A stretch of 64,000 bases of DNA. Origin: Botryllus schlosseri (Eukaryota). Location: the NCBI GenBank assembly GCA_051294905.1, contig CM119378.1:3722001-3786000 (forward strand), read 5' to 3'. Under the pieces are notes generated by a model. That model was not told the origin of the DNA, ran no database searches, and saw only the letters and a list, made by a program, of their open reading frames with translations. Every line of letters starts with the position of its first letter. Positions within the stretch are counted from its first letter, which is position 1. Shown here piece by piece: positions 11,651-25,230 of the stretch. The position numbers were made by a program, and so were the translations under genes.

Positions 11651-13611
11651 CAGACATGGGGTAATCGTGATTAGTAATCGTAATCGATTACGACGATTAC
11701 AGCATTTCCAAGTAATCGTAATCGCAATCGATTACATTCGAAAAAAATCCGAAGTAATCGTAATCGTAATCGACTACTTCACATATCTAATCGATTTCTT
11801 TGTGAAAGAACGATTACTTTTCAATTGTGCAATGCCCATGACATGAACTGAACTATGAACATTCATGAGCATTGAGCAACGAAGAGTGTGAAAACAGGAA
11901 TTGGATAGCAGAAATGTCTGGTTTTCAAACGCCTCTATAATCATTATTACGTCACAAGTATTAGCTTGGTTCTTGGTTGCGTAACGAATTATCCGCACGT
12001 AGTAAATAGATATTCGATGTAAATAATGTAGTACTGTGATTGTAAGAACACCCGCTGTGGATTATGTCACTGCACTGATCATTACACTGCACACGCCACT
12101 ACCTCGCAGCAGGATAATAATCACCACACGGCCTGGTTTAGTTTCGAATAGTAACGTATATGTACAAATTGTAGGCTACATTGTACAATGTATAGATGTT
12201 TTGTTATGCTTAGGTAAACGCAATCTGACCGTAGCTGATTGGCGAGCGGTAGGCCTATTTACGTATACAATGGACAACGATTTGAAATTTTGTACCCGTC
12301 AAATTAATCATCATCGGTTTATTAGCAATTTTATCAGTTCAATACACCACAAAAATGCGATACAATGAAAAGACAGGAAGATGTCGAAGCGACAAGGAGT
12401 AGTCTATGGAATCTGACACCCACCTTGGCCTAGGCGATGTAAAGAGGAGGCATGCACACTGAATGAAAGTAAAGAAGATAGTATAGAAGAAGAATGCGAA
12501 GCATAAAAACCAGGCTGCTGATAAAAAAATCATAACCGAGCCGTTATTTTCCGTTACTCGTATAACGGCAGATCGAAATAGCCTATATGTATTAAGTGGA
12601 TTGCAGTCAGAAGTTGATGTTTACCTTATCATATTCTCATACGGCCCTACTTAAAACGGGCAACAATTGTTCCTTCGCAATTTTATACTCATCATTCGGA
12701 TATGCCACTAGCCATCCCCTTACACACCATGTTAGCGTGGATTTCAGCTAGAATCAGTACCGAAACAGCACTTCGCCACCGCCATTCTCACAAATGGTGA
12801 TCTTGTGCTCCCCATAAGGCGATCAATAAAGCTTGTGGCGGGCGAAGTCCCCCAGAACCCCCTTAAAGGCCGGGCTTTTCACAAGAACTGGAAAACACGT
12901 TTTGATGCGATGGATCCGCTGTGAATTTGCTGTCAAGTCGCGCCAGGCGCGAATATTTAGGCACATAATTTACGACTATAACTTTATTGTATGGTGTTAA
13001 CTCGTGACCTCCTGTCTGCTATATAGTCATGAGATATTGGAGTCGCCCAAACGTAGCGGACGAAAAGAAAACTAAACGAAAAACTTTTGTGAGACGCACC
13101 AAAAATTGTCATTTATGCACGGGGTTCATCATTTTCCTCAGTGAGTGCCCCCGGTGGCATTTGTATTGTGGGGCTGAGATTGAAAAGACTATTCTTCGCG
13201 ACCATCCAGCGCGGCTATGGACAATGGACAAATGCACAATGTTTCGGCCAATGTAGCATGTCTTGTTGTGTTGCGGCGCGGTATTGGCTGGCACCGAAAT
13301 GCCTAATTCTGTGTGAATCATGCCATGGTATATTATGTCATACACAGGAAATGACGTCATTATATCTCATTTAAAAATAGAGACCTTCTCTCATGAGGCC
13401 TTTTCATCGCATTGTTGTCTTCCAAAGATAACTTCTCAGAAGCAAAATGAATGTAATCGTGAGTAATCGTGATGACTTTTCCAAAGTAATCGTAATCGTA
13501 ATCGACTACTCGCGGATTATGCTGTAATCGTAATCGTAATCGTAATCGCGTGATTCATAAGTAATCGTAATCGCAATCGATTACATTCATGAAGTAATCA
13601 CCCCATGTCTG
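11651..13611 (+). mobile_element. hAT-type GTAATC-array element, inner copy inserted in its own family member
   Basis: TIR CAGACATGGGGT...ACCCCATGTCTG; perfect TSD ATTCCTAT (11643-11650, 13612-13619). Confidence 0.95.
12306..12508 (-). mobile_element. 3'UTR-only LINE insertion (same family as 56529-58245)
   Basis: Near-identical to 56530-56730, including AATAAAC(GAT)n on the minus strand; absent at the matching position of the outer copy (~5190-5215). Confidence 0.85.
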
Positions 13612-14353
13612 ATTCCTATAAATTATGGATGCTTTTTTTCTTGAGGGGGAGAGGTATGCATTTCTAAATCAAGCTATTTAGAGACATTAAATCCCGAAGC
13701 TCGAAGAAAATTTTCAAGTTAATCAACTCTCTTGAAAATACTCCATTATAATTTATGATGATTTGCGAAAGACTTTTGAGACCCCTTAGAGCTCGCTCCT
13801 GGTCCTATTGGGGAGTTTGGGGTGTGGCAGTGACGGACCTGGCAAGAATGCAAATCGTTGGGTGCGACGAATAGTTCTGCATGGAGTTGGGCAATGGGTG
13901 CATTATGACGTAACAAGCAAATGACGTATGATTTATAAAGAAAGTTGTTATCTCATTAGACCTTATTTTCATTGCAAGCCTTATATTGTCTTCCAATATC
14001 TCCAATATATTAGTTCTAAGAAGCAAAACAAATGTAATCGTGAGTAATCGTGATTACTTTTGAAATGTAATCGTAATCGTATATAATCGACTACTTCCTG
14101 ATTTTGCTGTAATCGTAATCGTTATCGTAATCGCAGGATTCACAAATAATCGTAATCGCAATCGATTACATTCGTGAAGTAATCACCACCTGTCTGTGCC
14201 CCGGAACCCAGGCTATTCCCAAATAGCAGTTATGCAATGTGAGGACATCAGCTATTTCGGTCTGTCACGAAACTCATGACTTTCTGTGATGAAATGCAGA
14301 AGCAGTAATCGATTTTGTGTGGCCGGTATTTGACGTTCAGGACAAGCATAATG

Positions 14354-15448
14354 CAGACTTGGGCAACTAGAAAAGTTTCAGCTTTTCCGAAGTAGATTAG
14401 AATTAGAAGTAGAGCTACACAGCTTTTTCCAAATTCGATTAGAATTAGAATTACCGAATTCGCAAAAACGTGGAAACTGGATGAAATTGTGAATTGAAAT
14501 AAATACAGCAAAATTCGGTTCATCTCAAATCACAGTGCATTCCGATAACCACGATAATGGATAACGTCTATACACTTGTACAGTGCACACCAAGCTTGAC
14601 TCGTTTTGTACTATACCAGGATTCAGTGCAAAAGCGGTCGGCGATCTGATTTGACATTTTGGAAGAACGCGAAATATAGCATTATTTCTTGCTGTATTTG
14701 CAGATGTACTACTATGTAATAAAATATTACTTCTCTTATGGTAACCATCATGATCATCGCGCATGTTAGTCAGCACGGCGTTGTACTAACGTAAAGTTTT
14801 TTTAAACATGCCCCCTTTATGATACTGAAAAATTTCGCCCCCCCTCCCCTCCCCTTATCGTCATATCACAAAATGCAACCAGAATGCTAACAATTCAAAC
14901 GTATAGTTGCATAGAACGGAAGGTTATGACTGTTCAGTTCATGAGAGAATTTTTAAATATGGAATTAGGACTAAACACATAGCAAACAATATGAACTGGA
15001 AGTAAAAGGCGCGGAGCGCGAAGAAATATTTCAGTTGACCGCAGCTTCACGCCCCCTTCAATTGCTTTTACGCCCTCCAGTTTGAGAACCATTGAATTAG
15101 AATGTTGTTCGCAGACTACAAGCTACGATGCTAGCAGGCTGTTATTCATCACAATACCTATTATGACTACGGTGTAAGGCGATGGCGGCTTGGCACTGGA
15201 TTTCCCTGCACGAGAGGGATATTCTTGTTAACTCGCTGCAAAATGACTAAGACAAAGAGGCATTTTCAGAAAAACAATAAATTAGATTAAAATTAAAATT
15301 AGAGCATGAGAACATTTTACAAATTAGATTAGAATTAGAATTAGAGCATGGAATCATTTGACAAATTAGATTAAAATTAGATTACAGGCATTTCGCTCTA
15401 ATTTAGTGAAACTAGACAACTAGAATTATCTATAGTTGTCCAAATCTG
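14354..15448 (+). mobile_element. hAT-type element with ATTAGA arrays, containing a Charlie-like MITE remnant (~14775-15094)
   Basis: CAGACTTGGGCAACTA...TAGTTGTCCAAATCTG; TSD GCATAATG/GCATAATC (7/8). Confidence 0.8.
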
Positions 15449-16376
15449 GCATAATCAGGCATGCGTCACCCACGCGGGCTCAAGATTTAATCACTCAAAT
15501 CCTATTTATTTGCGTTGTTGATAAGGAAAATTGATTTTCATATTATTGCATTACGTGGTCCGTGTTTACTGTTTATTTTTGGATGACGCTGTACCCTCCT
15601 CTGCAAGGTAATCCGAATTCCATTCGCCGCATATTCCGTATTCCGTACTCCTACACTCCTTTTTCGTATTAGTCATCGTCGAGGTCATCAATTCGCAAAG
15701 CAAATTACTCAAATGATCCCTATCACACAGAGACACAATGTGGTTTGTAGAATTTACAATACCGCATACCAACCAAAATCATTGATCATATAGCCTCTAC
15801 CAAATCATAGTAATCGGACTAACAAATATATTTGAAAGGAACTACCGCAATGCATTTATGCATGAATTGAAGTAGGACACGATCGATTAAACAAATACTT
15901 CCTCGATTACTCCTTGTCGTCTTGTATACTAGGGGAGGGGTGGCCAACCTTTTTGGCCAAAGGGCCACATGCGGTTTTGCGGGTACCACTTTAGTACTGA
16001 TGGCCTTTGGAGTTGGATTGTGAAACGGTGAACGCAAGAATTATTTTACTATAGACGCCACAATGGCAGATATTTTTGACATGAAGAATTAGGGTGAAAT
16101 CATGAGCTATCGGCGAGTAGAGCGAAAATATTTCAATCCACTAATGAATTTGATCAATAATATCGGTACGTGCATATATTGCATGTATCGTGGGTCACAT
16201 TTGTCCCCCTGGGCTCAGATTATAATGACAGGAGTATACCACGGTGCCTGGACAGGTTTTGGTCAACACAGGCGATCATTTTGGGTCAAAATTCCATCGC
16301 TGACAATTCTTCTGGGAGCTCACTGGTGGAGTCGCAGGTTTGCCGACATTTTATAAATCTTGGTGTGTCTTGACTC

Positions 16377-16816
16377 GAAGATAGCTGGCGCCGAAATACC
16401 GGTCCAGCGGGCTGCACACCACGAGACCCAACAGTCCGAAGAGATACCGGGACTATCGAACGCCTGATATTTCGACTACGGTCAGGACACTGTGTAGGAG
16501 CATCCCATTTATTCAGAATCGGCTGCTCGGACTCTCCGATGTGCGAAGAATGCGATGTCATCGAAACAGTCGAACACTTTTTAATATCATGCATTAAATA
16601 CGACTTTCATCGATCATTTTTAATAACCTATTGCAATCAGTTACACATACCGTTCACCACACGCAACCTACTCTCGTCATCGCAATTGTCCACCGCCGTC
16701 GCTGAGTTCGTGATAAGTTGTAATAAGTTCATTTAGTTACTGCTTGATTTGAATTTCCTGACGACCGTGCCCAAATGGCGAAAAGCACCACTGATATTTG
16801 TAATAATAATATTAAT
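16377..16816 (+). mobile_element. 3' end of an I/Nimb-clade LINE with C-terminal CCHC zinc knuckle
   Basis: RLIFRLRSGH...CEEC...ETVEHFLISC; stop at 16736; short 3'UTR and (TAA)n tail; 5' boundary approximate. Confidence 0.8.
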
Positions 16817-17380
16817 ACCGAGACTACTCTTTTTCTAATAATTGCGCATAGAGTTAGAGTCAGTTTTGTACAGGCATATTAATTTTCCGGTAGGGTTAGG
16901 GCAAGGAATCCAGGGGCACTTATTCTTGCGAAACAACATCTAAGGAAAATCAATCTGCCCCGAGACGACCTACTTATGTTAATATACAAAAATTTACGAA
17001 AATATGTGAGGGGGTGAACCCTTTCGACGCCCCTGGCTACGCTGACGGCTTGAAACTGTAGCTTGTTTAGTCTAGGGTTGCCATACGTCCGGAATTTCCC
17101 GGACATGTCCGGAATTTCACTGAAAAATTTGCGTCCGGGAGGAATTTCTAAAATATGCCTAAATGTCCGGAATTTTGAAGGCTTGAAGCAGGCTCAAAAG
17201 TTTTTCTTAAATCAACATAAACAATATTATTTTCAAGCAGATTTATGCTATTCAAAATTGTTCTTCACGCCGCGCGCGAGTTTGCAACGTATAAGGATAT
17301 TATTATGGGCTTCAGGCACCACCCTCGCAAAAAAAATGCAATCAAAATAAATATAAATAACCATTATTCACTGAAATAAG

Positions 17381-19742
17381 CAGTGGCGGCTCGTGACAAT
17401 ATCGGGTGGTGGGGCAAGGGCTGCGAGCGACTTTTATCAACATGACGTCACAATGGCGTTTTCCAACGTAAAAAAGTAACTTTATGATGGTCACATGAAT
17501 TTCCCGACAACAGTGATTTTAACGTAGGTGCCGCGAGAGGTTTGCCGGTGAGCCGTGACTTGAAGTGTGGTAACAAATGTTTTATTCATTTATTTTTAAT
17601 CAAAGGATTATTTTACAAAATGTACGTGAACTAAGAATCGTCCCTATGCCACGAATCAAGTATCAGGTCATCCTTAGTAGCATGCGTTTTGATTTCATGG
17701 TAGAGTTATAGATTACGCAAATCGATAGACCCTAAAATCCGACCGTCACCCCAAATTCGAAATCCGGATCCAGTCCGGCCAGGTAAAAAAACATTGAAAT
17801 CCTGCTCCTGCTCCTGAACCGGACTGTGGCCATCTCTGGTTACGACCAGGTGATAATAGGCAACCAAAGCGGAGGCACCCGGCGTACGATTGGATCAATA
17901 GACTGGACAACTTCTAGACCTCTCATTTTCGCTCTAAAGGCAACTGCGTAAACTACGTACGGAATAAAGATTCAATACGATTCATGTTCGCACTTGACTT
18001 GACCTGACTAATTCCAATGACTATAACTCGAGAGATTGCGTAAGCCTAACTGGGAAGGTCAACGAGTTCGGACACATACGCAATTGTTATCTCATAGATT
18101 GGGCCTGTCATATTGAATCCAGAACATCAATTTGAATGGTCTTTGAAGAACTAAGGACAGCAGCCTCGGAACTTCGGTCTCGGAACAACGTAGGACATTT
18201 TGGCCTTGAAACTGGAGACGGTGACACAACACATACGGCTTACTGTCTATAAGTCTGCTGCGAAATCGCCGTTGGAAAATATATTAATATATAAATACAT
18301 GAATAAAAGCCGTAACTTAGTATACTGTTACAAGAAATCATCGAGAAGTAGCATACGCAATCTCATAACCCATTCCGGTATGGTACACTGTCAAAATCAA
18401 TGCAAACAGACGAACACCGAACTTTGAGTAAAATAGATCGAGGAATAGGCTGATCGAATGATCAGCTGTTAGCCGACATCGAAAATGAAATAGCTATCGC
18501 AATTGACAGGGGATTGTAAGCAAATGGTTTGAAGGCCACAATTTCACAGTGAAATGGACATTGGCGAACATAAAATTATGCGAATACTTGAATGCAAACC
18601 GAGAATCTTGGTTAGCTGTTTCATGCGATCATCGAGATATACCATTGGAAATATCATCACCGATCTCGTTATGGAACGCAGACTATAGATTAGCACAGAC
18701 CGACACCGGCTTTTGCGTGAGATCCGCAATGACGTAGGTAGGCTAAGTATCAGATCAGCGCGCATCTCTACCATACTCGACCTCGAAAACGAAATAACTG
18801 CCTCAATCATTGAGTGTCAACTTTAAGACTTGGCACCGCGTTCGATACTAAAATCAAGACATACCGTGTGAAAGCTCATGACAGATCTAGGTATGGAACA
18901 TCGTTAAAATCAATAGAGACCAATAACGGCTTTTGCGTAAATTTGTTGGCGATAAATGAAGAGTCAGCTCTTACTCGACTTTGGAAACGAAATTACCACC
19001 CACATAGTTCAGTGACAAACTTAAAACTTGTTACATCGGTCGATACTAACACTTACCGTGCCAAATGTCATGACCGATCTCGGTATAGAACATCGTCAAA
19101 ATCAATGGAGACCAATACCGGCTTTTGAGTAAAATCTGTTTGCGATACATGACGAATCAGCACACACTCAACTTCGGAAACGGAATTACTACCCTAAACT
19201 TTAAGTAGAAACCCTGAAACTTGGAGCAGTGTTAAATACTACCTTCACGACATATCATACCAAGTTTCAAGAATTATCATGGTGCGAAACACCGTCAAAA
19301 TCGACCTATACCAGCAAAGGTCGACTCAACGCATATTACGGTAACCGAGTTCAGATATAGATACGATTGTTACATCACACCTTAGGGGCGAGTAGGCATA
19401 TTTGCCCCGGTTGCTCGGCCATTTTACGAATAGGAGAGAGTAAATCACCGTTTCTTTATTGTGCGCGGCTTTGAGAGAATAGATAGTGAAAGCTTGTTAT
19501 GAGCGCTACCGGGGCAAGCCCCGGCTAGGCATTCACAAAGCGAAAACACAGAAGAGAATTCGATTTTCGCAGAGACTTCGCTATGTATGGGCGTTTGCAA
19601 GCGAAAGCACAAGAAGAACGCGGGTTTCGCTGTGATCTCGGTATATATTGATTGCTGTGCGTCTATAAATGGTTAAATTGTTATTGAACAGAATTTTAGG
19701 TGGGGCAATGCCCCAGTTGCCCTATAGGACGAGCCGCCACTG
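17381..19742 (-). mobile_element. Second, inverted copy of the 691-2627 element, with an extra ~370-bp insert (~17575-17941)
   Basis: Same 14-bp TIRs; perfect TSD GAAATAAG; colinear reverse-complement homology. Confidence 0.95.
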
Positions 19743-20041
19743 GAAATAAGTCTGATTGTAATCGCAATTATAAGCTACCGGCATATTCCTAGAGTTGGGG
19801 CTGATTGGATGCTTCAATCACATACAGTGGCTCCAAATCTTGGGGTCGTCCGCCTTTATCTGGAGATCGCGATGATGTTGAACGTAATCAGCTTCCTATG
19901 CCGTGTGCAAGTTTGGGCAAGCTGAATTTTTTTAGTAATCTGCTTATCAAGTTTTGAGCTTTGCCACGGAACATTTTCTAGTGGGAAATGAGGTCGCGAG
20001 CATAAAAGGTTGGAAATCACCGGATTTGCAACCTGCTAGTG

Positions 20042-20346
20042 CAGTGGTTCTCAACCATTTTTTGACGCGCCCCCCTTTTTAATAGTGAAAAATTTCGCGC
20101 CCCCCCCCCCTTATCTTCATATCACAAAATCCAACTGGGATGCTAGCAACCCCAACAGATTGTTTGGTGGTATGGTCGCGGTCGGTTATGAATGTTGAAG
20201 AGAGAATAAAAAATATGAAATTGCGTCTATATAGAGAAACACGCCTGCATTGGAGGCAAAGCGCGCAAAGCGCGAAAAATTTTTTCAGGTGACTGCTTCT
20301 TCGCGCCCCCTTCAGATGTTTCACGCACCCAGGTTGAGAACCCCTG
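20042..20346 (+). mobile_element. Charlie/MER5-like hAT MITE
   Basis: CAGTGGTTCTCAACC...GGTTGAGAACCCCTG; TSD TGCTAGTG. Confidence 0.93.
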
Positions 20347-22940
20347 TGCTAGTGCATTTTATAGTAGGCTAATATATCGAAGAATCAATATTATTGACAG
20401 AATTCATACATAAAATATAACAGCCAAATGCATATAGTAAGTGCCCACCAAGTTACATCGACTACCCTATGGTGGGCCCAAGATCAGTGCTTTTTGGGCG
20501 GATGGGGGGGGGGGGGGAATGTTGTTTCGGACCTGATTAAAACACATAAACAGATAGCCGCACCGACCTAACTGTATAGCAGGGCTGTCAAACGCAATCC
20601 TGACAGCCCAGACACGGCCCGCCAGATGATTTCATCCGGCCCGTGGAGTCATCTATTGCTAACCCTAGCAAGTAGCAATCACCAGAGCTCACATTACATA
20701 TGGCCCAATTCATGACCTATGTTCCACTTCATTCCTGTACAGTGTATACAGTCGATGGGCAATGCTTTGCTAGTGTGACGTCATATTGACGGCCAATGTG
20801 TTACACCTCATTTTAAAATCCGCTAGGGGGCGCTAAAGAGTGTCCGGAATTTGCTTCACAAAAATATGGCAACCCTAGTTTAGTCATCATCATCCAAGTG
20901 TCACGGCCGGGCTAAATAAAGTTTTGATTGACCTTACATTATTACAAGTTCACAATAAATTACGGCAGCAATTAATTTTTGGATAATATAACTGGTTTCG
21001 AAAATTACCGCGCGGGCCCGGTTGGCCACCCCTTACTTATACCATACTCAACCACTTTGCTTTCGATTTTATCTGTTTGCTGCTGTAAGTTACGTAAAAT
21101 TACCATTCATGTAGAGCAGGGGTTCCGTAACTATGTTCCTGGTCCGTTATCTTCATAATACCTACCACTCATGTCAGCAGTCAGCAATTGAATTGATAAT
21201 ATAATTATTATTATGATCCGTGTGTACGCTGGTAATTTGGCCCTCATAGAATCCGACAATTTAGCTATGATATTGCAACATTAGTCGGTCATTTTGTCTC
21301 GAGCGAATTGATAGCTCTCCTACATCGTTTTCAATTATACAGTATACGTATTTACTATTGATAGACATATGTCGAGAGTGAACAACTGAACATTTTACTC
21401 TCCCGGCTAACTTATTGCGCAAAATCATCTTGGTTCGATGGAGACCATATTCGCTGTATTCAACGAGCTACGGGTACTCAGATATTACAACCTGCGCTAC
21501 CGTGCTGTACTGGTACTAATGAATTGTTTTTAATAATGGCCGACTCGATATCAACTGCCATAAAAATATCAAAATTCATACCCCTGCTCCTACCGCTAGA
21601 CCTACTGGTGAAGTTTTTGTTTGTAGTAGTGAGACAGTGTAAGCCTACTTGTTTGATGGTGGTGTGCGCGTGATCGGCTGGTTTTTAACCATGATGGGGG
21701 GGGGGGGGGTCGCTGGAGATCAAGACTCACACCTGACTATTACGTCACACTGATATGCGCTAACTAGATATACATGGTAACATTTTTGTTGTGTAGGAAA
21801 ATCATGTTTTGATGGTTTTGTGTTTTTAGCACTTTTAATGTTATTTTCTTCATTAACAGTAAAACTAGTAAATACACACATAATCCGGGGAGAAACCTGC
21901 TCCCAAAGGAAAATGGCGAGATTGGAGTAAATTCTTTTAAATTTCAATAATACAGTCAAATTGTTATTCCTATGCAATACATGAAGAGATCAGATTACAT
22001 AATTGCAGTAGGTGAAGAATTGGCAAGGGTTCCAGAACAGAGGTAGAGATGATTGAAAATGAAGAATCGAAATTACAGAAATTATGCTGTGATTCACAAG
22101 TGTAATTTTAGTCGAGTGGTGCACACAAGGCCTTCCGAAGAATATGCACAGTGCCCAATAGCGTGATCTCATGGATCATGTCGAATTGAACGTTACCCGG
22201 GATCTGTTGGATATGTCTCACGAGTTTTTTGCTTACGACTCCTGTAGCGCCAATGACTATCGGTACAATGTATATTTTGCATGCCACATTTTCTCACATT
22301 TCATTTTGAGGTCTGCGTATTTCGATTGTTTTTCTGATTCTTTTGTAGTATATTTTGGTCAGCTGGGACGGCCAGTTCAATGAATAAGCATTCTCTTTTC
22401 TTTTTTAATGTTAATAATAATAATAATGATAATATTATTATTATTACATATCCATGACAGTGGCGCTTATCGCTTGTTTAGGCCTTGTGCGCCACGACAA
22501 TACATTTCTCAAAGTTCAGTGTCTTTGCTTTGGTTAACGAGGACGACTTTTTCTTGTACGCGCACGCTCACTCCCACTCTTCATATCTCTCGCTTTCGTG
22601 CGTCCCCAATCAAGGATAATCCAAGAATTATCATCGAAAAACTCAAATAACTCCGCTTCTACGGCTTGGAATTGAGTCAAATTTGTTTTGCATTGTTATT
22701 GAAGACAGCGCAACAATTTTATGGGGTTGGAAGAGAAATTTGAAAAAAAAATTTTTTTGCATTCATAGGCAAATTCGAAATTTTCAAACTCTACGAAATC
22801 CGCGAATATTGTTTGGAATGAATTCAAATTTGGTGTGCGTCGTTTTTTAAGGCAACCTAACGATTTAATCACGTAACCCGCAAGATTCAGGAAAAAAAGT
22901 TATTTTTGAACAGCCCTAGTATTCACTCATGGCATATATT

Positions 22941-24297
22941 CAGGCCGTGTTATTTTTGGCATTTCAAGAGCCAGATGCTAAAACTGCCAAAAATAAAAAT
23001 TTAAAAATGCCAAAAATAACTAATTTTTGGCATTTGCCAAAAATAACACGGCCTGCCAATAGTGTATTTCTTTCATGGTGTTGTGTTAACAGGACCGCAT
23101 TAGAAGCGAGACGAGCGTGTGTGAAAGGCAGGTTTCTTACTCAATGGGTCCAGCCCACCCATCAGGGAGAAAGCACGGTGTCCTAAATGGTGTGGGCACA
23201 GCGAGATTGAACGGCTGACTGCATTTGGTTTACGTCATACTTTCCATTTGTCCAAAGGCAATTTTACGGCCATTTTTGACCGGCTTGCCGAGCGCTAAAT
23301 TTGATAAAACGGGTATCAATGGAAAGCTGCCGCTGTACCGATTATTAAAATATAAATTGAATTCTGCTCATGGATCTGGAACCCCCAATTTCAACCACGA
23401 TTTTTGCATTGTGATCGAGTTGAACATTGTGACACAACAAACAGTCCGGCTATTTCCGAGCTGCAGTCTCGTTTTGCCAGAGAGTCTTGTTGCGTTAATG
23501 TTCTTAAACAAGCTAACCTTCCCAGGACTCTTCCACGTGAGTTGGTAATATTAAAGCCATCTGACGTGACAAAAGTCCTCCTAAAATATATCGGTCGACT
23601 GATGGAGATGGGATGGTCGCGCTACAAAATAGAATGTGTTGAGAGACAACACAGGGAACTTCTGGAAAAGTATCGGGAAGAAAATTCTTTCCGCGATGAC
23701 ATCGATGGCACTAGCGCAGTGATCTCTTTTCATGATGCTTGGAAGGCGGTTCTGCCCTCCGAGATATTTGAAGCTCTGAAAACCTTTTGAGGAGGACTGG
23801 CAATATTCTTTCCTTCAACGGCTACTGTTGAAGCCGATATTTCCCAGATTCGTTGGGCGAAAAATTAATTCAGGAGAAACTTTGCTGACCTGAGTTTGGA
23901 AGCACTGTTACAGTGCAAACAATTTAAGTCTATTCAAAAGCTGTAACAATCAGGTGTTGAGCGTGTTTGTTAAGCTTCTCATTCTTTTTGCTTATTGGCA
24001 CCGATTCCGAATGGATACTGCACATTTTGTGGTTTCGTTTGATATTATTAACCTATGTAATCGTTAGGTTTTTTCTTCTTATTATTGTTTGTTATTGGTA
24101 CTGATTATAAGTGGATGCTGCACATTATTTGGTCTCTATTGATAAACTGACCCAAATAAAGCGTTTTTATGACTAATTCGAGTCTGAAAATATATATTTA
24201 GAGGTCGATGCCAAAACTGCCAAAAATAAAAATTGAAAAATGCCAAAAATAAGATATTTTTGGCAGTTTTGGCATATGCCAAAAATAACACGGCCTG
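22941..24297 (+). mobile_element. Deleted hAT element with TGCCAAAA subterminal repeats
   Basis: TIR CAGGCCGTGTTATTTTTGGCAT...ATGCCAAAAATAACACGGCCTG; TSD CATATATT/CATATCTT (7/8); extra internal right end at ~23035-23055. Confidence 0.88.
23404..23947 (+). pseudogene. hAT transposase C-terminal (dimerisation-domain) remnant
   Basis: LPRTLPRELV...FHDAW...LKTF*GGLAIFFPSTATVEADISQIRWAKN*FRRNFADLSLEALLQCKQF; two in-frame stops; lies between hAT TIRs. Confidence 0.8.
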
Positions 24298-24984
24298 CAT
24301 ATCTTGGATGGATGTAAACGATGTGGGAGAGCGGATTCGCACCAGACAGACCGGCCCGCTAAAAGTAGCCTGGAATTAAGAACACTTAGCCTACTTTTGA
24401 ATACAAATGCGTGAATCAAAACAATAGGCTCAGTTCCATGTTTAGGAATATATTTTGAATCAGCATTATGAGAAAAACGCATTGAAATACAGAGCGCGGA
24501 TTTCAGATTGTCAGCGTGGGTCTCCAAACAACAATACTGAATACCAAGCTACGCACAGCTCGGTCGCCCAGCTTTATAATATCCAGAATATATTTTGGCC
24601 TCTCCATAGAAAAAAGGGGTCTGTGATTGAAATGAGTTAAGAATGTTTCATGTTTAGTATTGTTTTGAATAATGACATTGAATGAATAAATAGTATTTTT
24701 TTTGTAAATTAACCGACGTCAATCTTGAATCTTCGAACACCTGCAAAACGCCTTGATCGTAAGATATCGTTTGGAAATGACGTACTGGGTGCACCAACGT
24801 TAGCCAATATTTTATTTCAGAGTACCAATGACTTTTGACAAGCATACAGACCAAGTGAATCAATTTTACCGATATCAATGAGCTCCTACACATGGTCAAT
24901 CAGAATCGTTTCATGATTGGCGCTAGAGTTAAAGACTTAGTTCAAAACACATTGGTGCATGTCAAGAACCTCCCCGGTGCTTAC

Positions 24985-25230
24985 CGTGAAATCTAAGTGG
25001 AAACGTATGGCAATCGAGTACATATAGTTGTAAAACACGTTCACAGTGGTGGTGGAACAAAAATAATAACCGGTGACGAATATAAATAACAACCAAACGT
25101 TCTTTATCGGTTCTTCCGTTCTGTTTTCGCAAGCAAATCCGTTTTCGTCGGATTTGGCTGCTATTCTTTCTGCAAGATCCCAACAGAAACACATGAGGGC
25201 GTATTTGACTCTAGATTACTATCCTACGCA
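24985..25230 (-). pseudogene. MFSD4/NAGLT1-like MFS transporter, downstream exon (central loop to TM7 region)
   Basis: EEPIKNVWLLFIFVTGYYFCSTTTVNVFYNYMYSIAI...DFT, then donor GTAAGC; from the ttacag acceptor the frame reads LPTCVG**SRVKY (tandem stops). Confidence 0.55.

Larger units (their letters stand above)
4583..14196 (+). mobile_element. hAT-type element with GTAATC subterminal arrays (outer copy, swollen by nested insertions)
   Basis: CAGACATGGGGT start, ...ACCACCTGTCTG end; perfect TSD TGCCCCGG (4575-4582, 14197-14204); homologous to 11651-13611. Confidence 0.9.
17073..20877 (+). mobile_element. Blackjack-like hAT element with TCCGG repeats, nested and hosting further inserts
   Basis: TIR TAGGGTTGCCATA...TATGGCAACCCTA; perfect TSD GTTTAGTC. 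Confidence 0.92.
15936..21033 (+). mobile_element. Charlie-type element hosting several nested insertions
   Basis: AGGGGTGGCCAACC...GGTTGGCCACCCCT; both ends homologous to the ends of ~26907-27905; TSD not clean. Confidence 0.6.

Noticed and set aside
21990..22446. Possible retroelement 3' end before a (TAA)n(TTA)n run
   Set aside because: No recognisable protein motif, no second copy and no TSD.
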